Of a DNA stretch of 55,387 nt, positions 9,781 through 20,300 are shown one piece after another. The position numbers were made by a program, and so were the translations under genes. The stretch lies in contig CAYVOL010000006.1 of NCBI GenBank assembly GCA_964453135.1, positions 1-55,387 on the forward strand. Direction: 5' to 3'. The notes under the pieces are model-generated. The model made no database searches. It had not been told where the DNA came from and worked only from the letters and a program-made list of their open reading frames with translations. Position 1 is the stretch's first letter; each line of letters starts with the position of its first letter. This stretch comes from an uncultured Candidatus Saccharibacteria bacterium (lineage in GTDB: Bacteria > Patescibacteriota > Minisyncoccia > UBA6257 > UBA9933).

Positions 9781-11310
9781 ATGAGGGATTTTTTTACCAA
9801 TAATCCTAAGTTAACTGCGGCAGTTGCCATTCTTCTCGTCGTTTTCGGCGCGGGGTGGTATATTTATTCCAATCAAGAGCCGAAGTTTGATTCTTACGTT
9901 GTTAGTCGAGGCAGTGTCGCGGCGGCGATTGACGAGTCCGCTGTTGTGGCGGCGGAGAAAAGTTCTAATATTGCTTTTCAGTCAGCCGGTCGAATAACGC
10001 GCGTTTATATCAAAGACGGACAAAAAGTTTCCGCCGGCGATCGTTTGGCGGAATTAGACGCGGCGTCTTTGGAAAAAAATGTTGAGCAAGCAAACGCGGC
10101 CTTAGCCGCGGCGGAGTCTCGACTGGAGGCGCTGGAAATCGGCGCCACTCCGCAGACGATTGCGGTCTCTAAAAGCGCGCTTGATTCAGCCAATCAGGAA
10201 TTGAATAACAATTACGCAAAAGTACCGGATATTCTAAACGATGCTTATGCCAAAGCCAGCGACGCTGTTCGCAATCAACTCTTTGCTTTTTTCTCTTCGC
10301 CAGAAAGCGCTTATCCTCAACTAACTTTTAATGTTAATGATTTGGGTTTGGCGAATAAGTTTCAGTATGCGCGATCAGCCGCCGGCACGGAATTAAATAA
10401 TTGGCAAAATGAATTGGCAAGCAATGATAGTAGTAATGCCGGCAATTTGCAAAGCGCCGTTAACCATCTTTCTGCAATCCAAAATTTAATGAATTTATCA
10501 ATGACTGCCTTGGCTGGTGAAATCGGGCTTTCTCCCGCGACTGTCGCGGCCTATAAAAATTCCGCGGCAACAGGATTAAATGAAGTTAACGCCGCAAATA
10601 CGGCTGTGAGCAATCTGCAACAAGCGATTGCTTCGGCTAAGGCGGCGGTGGCCCAGTCGCAAGCCGGTCTTGACCTCGCGACGGCGAGCTCCACCAAGCA
10701 GGCTATTAACGAACAAAAATCCGCGGTGGCAGCTGCGCTAGCCGCCGTTTCCGCCGCCAAAGTTAATTTGAACAACGCGATATTAGTAGCTCCGTTTCCG
10801 GGTGTGGCGCAAAACGTTACCGCGGAAGTCGGGGAGGTGGTATCGCCGGGATTACCGGTTTTGACCCTGGTAAACAGCAATGGCTTGAAAATCCAAACTT
10901 ATGTTTCTGAACTTGATATCGCAAAAATAAAAATCGGCGGCGCGGCCAATATAACTTTGGACGCGTTTGGCGCCGATACAATTTTTCCGGCAACGGTTAC
11001 GGCTGTTGACAGCGCGGAGACGAAAATTAACGGCGTCCCGTCGTATCTCATTACGCTTCACTTCACTGATTCCGAATCCAAAGCTAAATCTGGAATGACC
11101 GGCAACACCCATCTTATTTTCGCCGAAAACGACAATGCAGTGGCGGTCCCGAGCCGGCTGATCCTTAATGACAACAATCAAAATTTTGTTCTGGTAAAAA
11201 CTACCACAGGAATTAAAAAGCAATCGGTTCAAATAGGTTCAATCGGCGATAACGGTCTGACAGAAATTTTGTCGGGAATTAATATTAACAATGAACTCGT
11301 TAACTTCTAA
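9781..11310 (+). CDS. HlyD/RND-family membrane fusion (adaptor) protein with long coiled coil
   Basis: N-terminal TM, lipoyl halves (GRIT.V.IKDGQKV, APFPGV), Ala-rich coiled coil, VSELDI..IKIG, AVP. Confidence 0.88.
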   Translation: MRDFFTNNPKLTAAVAILLVVFGAGWYIYSNQEPKFDSYVVSRGSVAAAIDESAVVAAEKSSNIAFQSAGRITRVYIKDGQKVSAGDRLAELDAASLEKNVEQANAALAAAESRLEALEIGATPQTIAVSKSALDSANQELNNNYAKVPDILNDAYAKASDAVRNQLFAFFSSPESAYPQLTFNVNDLGLANKFQYARSAAGTELNNWQNELASNDSSNAGNLQSAVNHLSAIQNLMNLSMTALAGEIGLSPATVAAYKNSAATGLNEVNAANTAVSNLQQAIASAKAAVAQSQAGLDLATASSTKQAINEQKSAVAAALAAVSAAKVNLNNAILVAPFPGVAQNVTAEVGEVVSPGLPVLTLVNSNGLKIQTYVSELDIAKIKIGGAANITLDAFGADTIFPATVTAVDSAETKINGVPSYLITLHFTDSESKAKSGMTGNTHLIFAENDNAVAVPSRLILNDNNQNFVLVKTTTGIKKQSVQIGSIGDNGLTEILSGININNELVNF

Positions 11311-11911
11311 AAAATTTTTTATATTAACAGCGGTTGTTATTATTGCCATTATCGGCGGCGCTTATTGGTATGTTTTTTCAAAAACGGTTTACATTGATTT
11401 ATCGGTTATTAAAGCGCCAATTATCAGTTTGTCGCCGGCGACCTCCGGCCGCTTGGAAGCTGTTTTTGTGAAGGGCGGTGATAAAGTAGCGGCTAATCAG
11501 CCGATTGCCCGCGTAGGCGGCGAGATTATTGTTTCCAAAACGAGCGGCAGGATTATTTCCGTTAATCAGAATATCGGCGAGTTTGAAAACGCGCTTTCTC
11601 CGCAATCTGTAGCGGCAACGATGATTGATCCTGCTCAATTACGCGTTGTCGGTAGTCTTGATGAAGACAAGGGATTATCAAAAATAAAAATTGGCGACCC
11701 GGTGAAATTCACAGTGGACACTTTTGGATCCAAAGAATATTACGGCGTTGTTGACGAAATAGGCGAGGCGTCGCAGGCAAGCGTGGCATCCAATATTTTC
11801 AGCCAGCGGCCGACCAATCAATTTAAAGTTTATGTCCGGTTTAATTCCGAGAAATATCCGGAGCTTAAAGACGGGATGTCGGCTCGCGTTTGGGTTTTTA
11901 CGAAATTTTAG
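11291..11911 (+). CDS. short HlyD-family membrane fusion protein lacking the alpha-hairpin
   Basis: TM, SGRLEAVFVKGGDKV, IKIGDPVKFTVD, LKDGMSARV. Confidence 0.8.
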   Translation: MNSLTSKKFFILTAVVIIAIIGGAYWYVFSKTVYIDLSVIKAPIISLSPATSGRLEAVFVKGGDKVAANQPIARVGGEIIVSKTSGRIISVNQNIGEFENALSPQSVAATMIDPAQLRVVGSLDEDKGLSKIKIGDPVKFTVDTFGSKEYYGVVDEIGEASQASVASNIFSQRPTNQFKVYVRFNSEKYPELKDGMSARVWVFTKF

Positions 11912-11996
11912 CCGATCATTTTTTGTCTTGGAAATTTTGCCTAAAAAAACAGGGCTGACCACCGAAATGGCCAGCCCGAAAAGCGTTCACGAATCA

Positions 11997-12176
11997 TCAC
12001 AGAGATTTCTCCCTGTTCTTTTGCGGATGGAATCTTCCGAGTCCATGGGAAAAGTTACGCGCCAAAATGGCGAGAACAGCCGCCCTGTTGGCGTTTTCCG
12101 CCAATTGCTCGCATAGCTTGCGCGCCTCTTCTTCGCTACCTTCCCGAATGGCCCGAAAGATTTCGTCTTTGTTCAT
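11997..12176 (-). CDS. small hypothetical protein (59 aa, MNKDEIFRAI...)
   Basis: AAGGAGG SD; ATGA overlap with the stop of the upstream minus-strand gene. Confidence 0.55.
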   Translation of the reverse strand: MNKDEIFRAIREGSEEEARKLCEQLAENANRAAVLAILARNFSHGLGRFHPQKNREKSL

Positions 12177-12964
12177 ATCCCGGCCTCCTTTTGGAGTATC
12201 TCCGCCATTAGCGGAGAATATACCTCGTTTAGCCAGTTTAAATATTTTCGGTCTTCCGTTAGCGCCCAAATGGAGAAAAGACATCGGGCTGTTGGCCTTC
12301 TGCTGAGTATTTCTCGCAGTGCTTGCAACGTCCGCCTTTCGTGTCCGGCAAACCACCATGCCGCCGCTCTGTTTTCGGCCACGAGCATAGTTCTCGGGCA
12401 TAGCTTTTCCGCCTGGGTAAGTAGTTCCAGTTTATTCGCAGGATTTTTTTCCAAATGCGCCTTGCTGACAATTCGCGCGGCAGTGATTGCTTCCCATACG
12501 GGAAAGCGTTGCACGCGCGGGTGCTCAAGATTAAATCCCAACTGGTTTGAAAGAGGGTCGTACTGTCTCCCGTCTATCATAAGAACCGCGTGCGGCTCTT
12601 CGTAGAGGAGAATATCTTCTAACTCTTCTTTCGTTGCTTCTCCTGTTTTGATGCGTTGCCGCAAGTTTTTAAGTATTTCGTTGCGGAGCGCGTCCTGCCA
12701 CACTTCCCCGTACATAATTGAAGCCAGGGGAAATACCTCTTCGACGATAATAGCTGACTGGGCTACTCTGCCCAAACAGCCCTTCTCGTCCAGCTTAATA
12801 TTCCATTGAGATATTTCCTCTTGACTGGGAAAAGTGCCTTGCGGAATGACCCACGCAACACTTTTGAGCAGGTCAAAGGGGTTATCTTTGACGAGGAAGA
12901 AATGGTGGTTGCTTTCCCTCTTTGCTATTTTCTTTACTGCCTCGATTGTTTCCCGTCGGTCCAC
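12173..12964 (-). CDS. hypothetical protein with a possible transglutaminase-like Cys-His-Asp triad and helical (TPR-like) C-terminus
   Basis: GAGGAGG SD, GTG start; KGCLG...PHAVL...YDP. Confidence 0.6.
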   Translation of the reverse strand: MDRRETIEAVKKIAKRESNHHFFLVKDNPFDLLKSVAWVIPQGTFPSQEEISQWNIKLDEKGCLGRVAQSAIIVEEVFPLASIMYGEVWQDALRNEILKNLRQRIKTGEATKEELEDILLYEEPHAVLMIDGRQYDPLSNQLGFNLEHPRVQRFPVWEAITAARIVSKAHLEKNPANKLELLTQAEKLCPRTMLVAENRAAAWWFAGHERRTLQALREILSRRPTARCLFSIWALTEDRKYLNWLNEVYSPLMAEILQKEAGI

Positions 12965-13143
12965 GTCTCTCCTCCTCTGATGTTGATATTCGTGATTGCC
13001 TAATTGCCTATTCGGTTGTTAAGAGCTGGCGATTTATATATAATAACAACAAATCTTATACAAATGTCAAATTTGATCGGCCGAATATTTTCCGACTTAT
13101 CTTATACGGCTTTGAAAAATTAGCGACATTCCTATAAATTAAT

Positions 13144-15342
13144 ATGATTTCTCTTTCCACCCCCATTGCGGAAGTAAAAGGCATTGGGCCGCGCTTTCAG
13201 GAAAAATTAAAGAAATTAAATATAGCCACGGTGAAAGATTTGCTGTGGTATTTTCCTTTCCGCTACGAAGATTTTTCCAATATAGTGGAGATAAAAAATT
13301 TGAGAGCCGGACAGCGCGCCACGGTTCAAGGGGTCATTCAATCGATAAAATTAAGGCGCACCTGGAAGAGACGAATGTTTATCGTAGAAGCGGTAATAAG
13401 CGACGATACGGGAAGAATTAAAGCTGTGTGGTTCAATCAGCGTTTTTTGATAACAATGCTGAAAAAAGAGATGCGGGTAAATTTGGCGGGGAAAGTTGTT
13501 GAAAGCGAGGGCGGCGGACTGGCGCTTTCGCATCCGGTCCATGAAGTTTTAACTTACAAGAAAGACGCCGAAGATTTGCGCCATACCGGCCGGGTAGTGC
13601 CGATTTACCCGGAAGTAAAAGGCATAACGTCCAAAGGCATCCGTTTTTTGCTTAAGCCCGTGCTGGATAAAATAACCTTTATTCCCGATCCTTTGCCGGA
13701 AGAAATTTTAAAAAAACAGAATATCTTAAATCTTTCTCAATCTCTGCGAGCAGTTCATTTTCCGGAAACCATTCAACAGGCGGCTGACGCAAAAAAGAGA
13801 TTTGCTTTTGAAGATTTATTTTTTTTACAGCTGGTTAATCTGCGCCAAAAAATAAAATTATCGCAAGAATCGGCCTATGCCGCTGATTTTGACATCAGCG
13901 AAGTAAAAAATTTGCTGGAGAAACTTCCTTTTGATCTCACTTTATCTCAGAAAAAATCTCTCTGGGAAATTATGCAGGATTTGAAAAAACCGCATCCGAT
14001 GAACCGCTTGCTTCAAGGAGACGTGGGCAGCGGAAAAACAATCGTGGCTATTTTGGGGTCTCTGGTTTTGGCGAAAGACAACAAGCAAACGGCTTTTATG
14101 GCGCCAACCGAAGTTTTAGCCAAACAGCATTATGAAACATTCAAAAAGTTTTTTAAAAATTTTGATAAAGGAGCGGGGTTGCTCACCGGCTCGCTCTCAA
14201 AAATTTTTTACGGCGATGATTTGGAAAGCGGCGCGAAGAAGAGCGAGCTGGTTAAAGAAATAGCCGAAGGGAAAATTAAAATTGTTTTCGGCACTCATGC
14301 CTTGATTCAAAGATACGTGAAATTCAGCGATCTGGCTTTGGTGATTATTGACGAACAGCATCGTTTCGGCGTGGAACAGCGCGCCACGCTTATGAAGGGC
14401 TATGTCAAAGATTCGCAGGCGTTCAGGGCAATTCCGCATTTATTAAGTATGTCCGCCACTCCCATTCCCCGCACCCTTTCTTTGACGGTTTTCGGCGACC
14501 TTGATTTGTCCATTATTGACGAACTGCCCAAAGGACGAAAAGAAATAATCACCAAAATAGTGGCGCCGGCAAACAGAGATAAAGCCTACGCCTTTATCCG
14601 CGGGCAGGTGAAAAAAGGAAGGCAGGCCTTTGTTATTTGTCCGAGAATCACAACAACCGTTCTGAATGAAGAAGCGGTAAATCAAGAGTACGACGGCATC
14701 AATGAAGACCAGCCTCGGCTGTTGTTCGGCAAAAAGAAAAACGTCTTATGGGAAGACGCGAAAGCCGTGGAAGACGAATATAAAAAATTATCGGAAGAAA
14801 TTTTTCCCGACTTGCGCGTGGGCATGCTTCACGGAAAAATGAAAGCCAAGGAGAAAAACGAAATCATGCGCCGCTTCAAGGAACGGGAAGTTGATGTCTT
14901 AGTTTCCACTTCGGTGATTGAAGTGGGTGTTGATATTCCTAATGCTGTCATAATGATGATTGAGGATGCGGACAAATTCGGACTGGCCCAGCTTTATCAG
15001 TTTCGCGGACGAGTGGGAAGGGGAGAACATCAGTCGTTTTGTTTTTTATTCACCGAGTCTTTTTCAAAATCAACACATCAGCGGCTCCATTCTCTGATTG
15101 AAGCGAAAAATGGCTTTGAATTGGCGGAAAAAGATTTAGCCATTCGCGGACCAGGCGAATTTTTAGGGAAAGAACAAACCGGCGTGCCGGACTTGGCGAT
15201 GAAAGCGGTCCGCAATCCCGCATTGGTGAAATCCAGCCGCGAGGCCGCGGAGGAATTATTAAAAAAAGACCCGCGTTTGGATAATTACCCGGCGTTTAAA
15301 AGCCGTCTGGATAGTTTTCAGGAAGAAGTGCATTTGGAGTAA
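13144..15342 (+). CDS. recG: ATP-dependent DNA helicase RecG
   Basis: OB wedge domain, QGDVGSGKT, DEQH, SATPIPR, QFRGRVGRG, RGPGE. Confidence 0.97.
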   Translation: MISLSTPIAEVKGIGPRFQEKLKKLNIATVKDLLWYFPFRYEDFSNIVEIKNLRAGQRATVQGVIQSIKLRRTWKRRMFIVEAVISDDTGRIKAVWFNQRFLITMLKKEMRVNLAGKVVESEGGGLALSHPVHEVLTYKKDAEDLRHTGRVVPIYPEVKGITSKGIRFLLKPVLDKITFIPDPLPEEILKKQNILNLSQSLRAVHFPETIQQAADAKKRFAFEDLFFLQLVNLRQKIKLSQESAYAADFDISEVKNLLEKLPFDLTLSQKKSLWEIMQDLKKPHPMNRLLQGDVGSGKTIVAILGSLVLAKDNKQTAFMAPTEVLAKQHYETFKKFFKNFDKGAGLLTGSLSKIFYGDDLESGAKKSELVKEIAEGKIKIVFGTHALIQRYVKFSDLALVIIDEQHRFGVEQRATLMKGYVKDSQAFRAIPHLLSMSATPIPRTLSLTVFGDLDLSIIDELPKGRKEIITKIVAPANRDKAYAFIRGQVKKGRQAFVICPRITTTVLNEEAVNQEYDGINEDQPRLLFGKKKNVLWEDAKAVEDEYKKLSEEIFPDLRVGMLHGKMKAKEKNEIMRRFKEREVDVLVSTSVIEVGVDIPNAVIMMIEDADKFGLAQLYQFRGRVGRGEHQSFCFLFTESFSKSTHQRLHSLIEAKNGFELAEKDLAIRGPGEFLGKEQTGVPDLAMKAVRNPALVKSSREAAEELLKKDPRLDNYPAFKSRLDSFQEEVHLE

Positions 15343-15493
15343 TTAAGTTAAAACGAGAAAATTTAAAGGTTAAAACTGCAATCTTAAATACTAAAACTTA
15401 ACTCTGGAAACCCGAGATAGGAAATTTAATTTTCGGTTTTAATTTTTAGCTATAATTCTGAATTTTGAGATTTGAATTTTGAATTTATTCTTT

Positions 15494-17419
15494 ATGTTTC
15501 ATTTAAAATCTGAATTTCAGCCATCGGGCGACCAGCCTGAGGCGATAAAAAAATTAATTAAAGGGATAGAGGCGGATTACAGGTACCAGACTCTTTTGGG
15601 AGTAACCGGTAGCGGAAAAACTTTTACTATGGCGAATGTCATTGCCTATTTGAATAAACCGGTCTTGGTGATGGCGCCCAATAAAACCTTAGCGGCCCAG
15701 CTTTACCGCGAATACAAGAATTTCTTCCCTCGGAATTCTGTTAATTATTTTGTTTCTTATTACGATTATTATCAGCCTGAAGCGTATCTGCCCGTGAGCG
15801 ACACTTATATTGAAAAAGAGGCGATGATTAACGAAGAGATAGATCGTCTGCGCCATCAGGCAACCAGCGCTTTGATGACAAGGAGCGATGTTATCGTGGT
15901 GGCATCGGTTTCTTGTATTTATAATCTTGGTGTGCCTTCAAGTTATTACGAAGCGGCGCTTCACTTGGAAATCAACAAGCCGTTGGTGCGCGGCGATTTA
16001 ATAAGGCAATTAGTGAAGATGCAGTTTGAAAGAACATCAGGCGTTTTGAAAAGAGGAACTTTCCGCGTCCGGGGCGATTTTTTTGAAATAATGTCCGCCG
16101 CCGCGCAAAAGACATCAGAGTCGGCGGACGCATCTTTGTCATCAGAAATTCCCGGCGTCTATCGCATTGAGTTGGAAGGTCAAAAAGTGAAAAGCATCCG
16201 GACATTTGACCCTTTAACCGGAAAAATTATTTCTCAGGAGCGCGAGATTATTATTTTTCCGCCCAAGCATTTTATTTCCAGCGCTCCGCAAAGAGAAGCG
16301 GCGATAAAAGAAATTAAAAAAGAACTGAAGGAGCGGCTGGAATATTTTGAAAAAAATAAAATGTATCTGGAAGCGGAAAGATTACAGCGCCGTTCCCGCT
16401 ACGATATAGAAATGCTGAAAACCATCGGCTATTGCCATGGCATTGAAAATTATTCGCGTCATCTGGCTGGAAAATTAGCGGGAGAACCGCCTGATACCTT
16501 GCTCGCCTATTTTCCTTATAAAAACGGCCGGCCGGATTTTTTGACCATTATAGATGAATCTCATATTGCCATTCCTCAAATAAAAGGAATGTATGAAGGG
16601 GACCGTAGCCGCAAGGAAACTTTGGTGAATTTCGGCTGGCGTCTGCCCAGCGCTATGGACAATCGTCCTTTGAAATTCAGCGAATTTTTGGAAAGAACCG
16701 GCCAATTTATTTTCACTTCCGCCACTCCGGGGGACTGGGAAATGAAAAATTCCCAGCAAGTGGCGGAGCAGATTATCCGTCCTACCGGCTTGATTGATCC
16801 GCCGATAGAAATTCGCCCCGTATTTCAGGAACGGGGATCTGTTAATTTAGCAGAGACGAACCGCAAATCCGCGAAAATAAAAGGCTGGAGTCAGATCGAC
16901 GACATTATAAAAGAATCGGAACAAATTATTAAAGACGGCGGAAGAATAATCATCAATACCCTGACAAAAAAAATGGCGGAAGATTTGACAGATTTTCTTT
17001 TGAAGAAAAAAATCAAGGCGAATTATATGCACTCGGACACGAAGACTTTGGAAAGAACGGAAATTTTGACAGACTTCCGCAAAGGAAAATTTAATATACT
17101 AGTGGGCGTGAATTTATTGCGCGAAGGGCTTGATTTGCCGGAGGTGAAATTGGTGGCGATTTTAGATGCGGACCGCGAAGGGTTTTTGCGCTCGGAAACT
17201 TCCATTATCCAGACAATGGGACGGGCCGCAAGAAACATAGAAGGAAGAGTTATTTTGTACGCCGACAATATGACTGGTTCGCTTAAGCGCGCTGTCAACG
17301 AAGTGGAGCGCCGCCGAAAAATTCAGGCGGAATATAACAAGAAACATAAAATTATTCCCCGCTCTATTGCTAAAAAAGTGGAGGATTTGATTAAGGTGGA
17401 CAAAGATTTCGGAACATGA
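15494..17419 (+). CDS. uvrB: excinuclease ABC subunit UvrB
   Basis: GVTGSGKT, YYDYYQPEAY, GIENYSRH, DESH, NLLREGLD. Confidence 0.97.
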   Translation: MFHLKSEFQPSGDQPEAIKKLIKGIEADYRYQTLLGVTGSGKTFTMANVIAYLNKPVLVMAPNKTLAAQLYREYKNFFPRNSVNYFVSYYDYYQPEAYLPVSDTYIEKEAMINEEIDRLRHQATSALMTRSDVIVVASVSCIYNLGVPSSYYEAALHLEINKPLVRGDLIRQLVKMQFERTSGVLKRGTFRVRGDFFEIMSAAAQKTSESADASLSSEIPGVYRIELEGQKVKSIRTFDPLTGKIISQEREIIIFPPKHFISSAPQREAAIKEIKKELKERLEYFEKNKMYLEAERLQRRSRYDIEMLKTIGYCHGIENYSRHLAGKLAGEPPDTLLAYFPYKNGRPDFLTIIDESHIAIPQIKGMYEGDRSRKETLVNFGWRLPSAMDNRPLKFSEFLERTGQFIFTSATPGDWEMKNSQQVAEQIIRPTGLIDPPIEIRPVFQERGSVNLAETNRKSAKIKGWSQIDDIIKESEQIIKDGGRIIINTLTKKMAEDLTDFLLKKKIKANYMHSDTKTLERTEILTDFRKGKFNILVGVNLLREGLDLPEVKLVAILDADREGFLRSETSIIQTMGRAARNIEGRVILYADNMTGSLKRAVNEVERRRKIQAEYNKKHKIIPRSIAKKVEDLIKVDKDFGT

Positions 17420-17522
17420 TTTTTGCCTTGACGGATAACTAGGAATTATTTATATTTAATAACAGAAAATTTAATCTTGAGCGTTATTTTAATCTTAAAC
17501 ATTATTTCGGGAGGGGAGAAAA

Positions 17523-17705
17523 ATGGATCCTTTCACCTTGTTTACCGGCGGCGTATCAGTATTATCAGGAGGGGGATTGATTACCGCTAACTATTTCACG
17601 ATGGGCGTGCCTTCCAAGTCGGAAAATAAGTCCTTTCACTGGACAGTAAACGGCATAGGCCTGACCCTCGTAGCTATTGGGATTTATCTTCTCAGTTCAT
17701 TATAA
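17523..17705 (+). CDS. small 2-TM membrane protein (60 aa)
   Basis: GGGAGG SD; two hydrophobic Gly-rich segments. Confidence 0.6.
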   Translation: MDPFTLFTGGVSVLSGGGLITANYFTMGVPSKSENKSFHWTVNGIGLTLVAIGIYLLSSL

Positions 17706-17722
17706 GGTCAAGGAGAAAAAGA

Positions 17723-17899
17723 ATGGTCGCGAATATTGTGATGGCGGCTGTGGGTGGAGTCTTTCTTTTCATAGGGATTGGCATTCATGCCTTGATATCT
17801 CCGGACAAAACGGCGAGATACGTCATCGTCAAGAGTATCTTGTTGGGCGCTGGAGCGGGGTTGATTTCAGCGGTGGTAGGCAATATCTTCGACCGTTAG
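17723..17899 (+). CDS. small 2-TM membrane protein (58 aa; not in the ORF track)
   Basis: AAGGAG SD; MVANIVMAAVGGVFLFIGIGIHALISPDKTARYVIVKSILLGAGAGLISAVVGNIFDR*. Confidence 0.6.
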   Translation: MVANIVMAAVGGVFLFIGIGIHALISPDKTARYVIVKSILLGAGAGLISAVVGNIFDR

Positions 17900-18157
17900 C
17901 CGCAAGGCGAAAAAAGTCATTATTAAAAGCCAGGCGGGTTAATTCCTCGTCCTGGCTTCTTGTTTTTTTGTATGTCATCTGGGGTTCTGTCAAGCGGGAC
18001 AGAACAATTTCCAAATATTGCCGCGCTCATTTTAATGGTTCGCGATGACAGCCGCGGCGGATTATGTGCGGCATTGACTTTTGAATTGTTCTCTATAAAA
18101 TATAATAACTGTAAAATAAAAAAGGTCGCACTAAACTAAATTATCATTTTAATCAAG

Positions 18158-18445
18158 ATGAACATCAGACCGCTTTCCAATAAACTTTTTATTGAACCGC
18201 TGGAAGACGAAAAAATAACCAAGTCGGGGATTGTTCTTCCCGAGACCGCTGGAGAAAAACCCGTTAGGGGGAAAATTTTTGCCGTTGGTCCCGGTAAAAT
18301 CAATGAGAAAGGCGAAAAAACGCAGATGTCGGTAAAAGTCGGCGACACGGTATTATTCAAAAAATACGGGCCGGACGAAATTGAGATAGAAGGCAAAAAA
18401 TATTTGGTCGGAGACGAAGACGATATTTTGGCTGTTTTAGAATAA
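18158..18445 (+). CDS. groES: co-chaperonin GroES
   Basis: IRPL, TKSGIVLP, AVGPG, VKVGDTVLF. Confidence 0.98.
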   Translation: MNIRPLSNKLFIEPLEDEKITKSGIVLPETAGEKPVRGKIFAVGPGKINEKGEKTQMSVKVGDTVLFKKYGPDEIEIEGKKYLVGDEDDILAVLE

Positions 18446-18484
18446 GTTAAATTAATTCGCTGGTTAGTATTATTATATTATATT

Positions 18485-20134
18485 ATGGCAAAACAAATTT
18501 TATTCAGCGAGCAAGCAAGGGCCGCTGTGAAAAACGGAATAGACAAATTGGCTAACGCGGTAAAAATCACGCTTGGTCCCAAAGGCAAGGCTGTGATTTT
18601 GGAAAAATCTTACGGGGGTCCGGTCATTACTTACGACGGCGTAACTATTGCTAAAGAGATTGAACTGGAAAATAAATTGGAAAATGTCGGCGCCCAGCTG
18701 ATAAAAGAAGTGGCGTCCAAAACCAATGACGCGGCAGGCGACGGCACCACCACCGCTACTTTATTGGCGCAGATTTTAATCAGCGAAGGGTTGAAAAACA
18801 TCACTAGCGGAGTTGACGCGGTCGGCATTCACAAGGGAATGCAGAAGGCTTACGAAAAAACCGTGGAGTTTTTGAAAAATAACTCGCAGAAAATTTCCAC
18901 GCAGGAAGAAATTGCCCAGGTGGCGACTATTTCCGCCCGCGACGAAGAAATCGGCAAATTAATCGCCGAGGTGATACACCAGACCGGCAAAGACGGCGTG
19001 GTGACTGTGGAAGAATCACAAACCGTCGGCTTGTCAAAAGAAATAGTGGAGGGTTTACAGTTTGACCGCGGCTACATTTCTCCTTATATGATGACCAATC
19101 CGGAAAGAATGGAGGCGGTTTTGGAAAGTCCTTATATTTTAATAACCGACCGCAAAATTTCTTCCGTTAACGAGCTTTTGCCTTTATTGGAAAAAATTAT
19201 TCAATCGGGCAAAAAAGAATTGGTGATTATCGCGGAAGAAGTGGAGGGAGAAGCGTTGGCAACTTTGGTGGTTAATAAACTGCGCGGCATATTCAATGTT
19301 TTGGCAATGAAAGCTCCTGGATTCGGCGACCGCCGCAAGGAAATGCTGGAAGATATCGCTGTGGTTACCGGCGCGGAATTTATTTCCGAAGATTTAGGAC
19401 GGAAACTGGAAAACGTGGAACTGGCAAATTTAGGCCAGGCCCACCGGGTAATCTCCAACAAAGACAACACTACTATTGTCGGCGGCAAAGGCGAAAAGGA
19501 AAAAATTGAAAAAAGAGCCCAGCAGATTAAGCAACAGATTCAAAAAACTGATTCGGAATTTGACAAAGAAAAACTGCAGGAACGTTTCGGAAAACTGTCC
19601 GGTGGAGTAGCGGTTATCAGAGTGGGCGCGGTTACAGAAACAGAACAAAAAGAAATAAAATATCGCGTGGAAGACGCGGTCAACGCCACCAAAGCCGCTA
19701 TTGAAGAAGGCATCGTGGCCGGCGGCGGAGTGGCGCTAGTGCGGGCTTCGGAAGAAGTGAAGAAAATGATCGATTCTTTGGATAAGGAAGATTTGGCTCA
19801 AATCGTGGGAGCGAAAATAATTCTAGAAGCGCTTTACGCTCCGGTGAAACAAATCGCGGAAAACGCCGGTTATGACGGAGCGGTGGTTTTAGATAAAATT
19901 ATGAGCGGCAAAAGCGATTATGGATTTAACGCCGCCGCCGGCCATTACGGCCACCTGATAAAAGAAGGCGTGGTTGACCCGGCCAAGGTAACGCGCCTGG
20001 CTCTTCAAAACGCCGTTTCTATCGCTTCTATGATTTTAATCACCGAAGCGGTTGTCTCCGATATTCCCGAGAAAAAAGAAAAAAGCCACGACCACAACGC
20101 CATGAACCCGATGATGGGGATGGGGGATTATTAA
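18485..20134 (+). CDS. groEL: chaperonin GroEL
   Basis: [27 protein letters not shown]. Confidence 0.99.
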   Translation: MAKQILFSEQARAAVKNGIDKLANAVKITLGPKGKAVILEKSYGGPVITYDGVTIAKEIELENKLENVGAQLIKEVASKTNDAAGDGTTTATLLAQILISEGLKNITSGVDAVGIHKGMQKAYEKTVEFLKNNSQKISTQEEIAQVATISARDEEIGKLIAEVIHQTGKDGVVTVEESQTVGLSKEIVEGLQFDRGYISPYMMTNPERMEAVLESPYILITDRKISSVNELLPLLEKIIQSGKKELVIIAEEVEGEALATLVVNKLRGIFNVLAMKAPGFGDRRKEMLEDIAVVTGAEFISEDLGRKLENVELANLGQAHRVISNKDNTTIVGGKGEKEKIEKRAQQIKQQIQKTDSEFDKEKLQERFGKLSGGVAVIRVGAVTETEQKEIKYRVEDAVNATKAAIEEGIVAGGGVALVRASEEVKKMIDSLDKEDLAQIVGAKIILEALYAPVKQIAENAGYDGAVVLDKIMSGKSDYGFNAAAGHYGHLIKEGVVDPAKVTRLALQNAVSIASMILITEAVVSDIPEKKEKSHDHNAMNPMMGMGDY

Positions 20135-20144
20135 AATGACGACT

Positions 20145-20180
20145 AAGAGCCCCCGCCATAGCGGGGGCTCTTTTTTATTT
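20145..20180 (+). terminator. intrinsic terminator after groEL
   Basis: AAGAGCCCCCGC-CATA-GCGGGGGCTCTT followed by a T run. Confidence 0.88.
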
Positions 20181-20300
20181 GTCTTCAATTATTAAAATAT
20201 TTTTTCTTGACTTTGCAGTTCTTTTACCATAGAAATTTAATAGTTTTCCCAGTAGAATAATGTGGGATAATTATTGACAATTTAACAAGAGAGGAGAAAA

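Noticed and set aside
17677-18048. 123-aa ORF from the track
   Set aside because: No SD, runs through a terminator, and overlaps a better SD-led 58-aa ORF in another frame.
18050-18157. CIRCE operator upstream of groES
   Set aside because: No TTAGCACTC-N9-GAGTGCTAA found.
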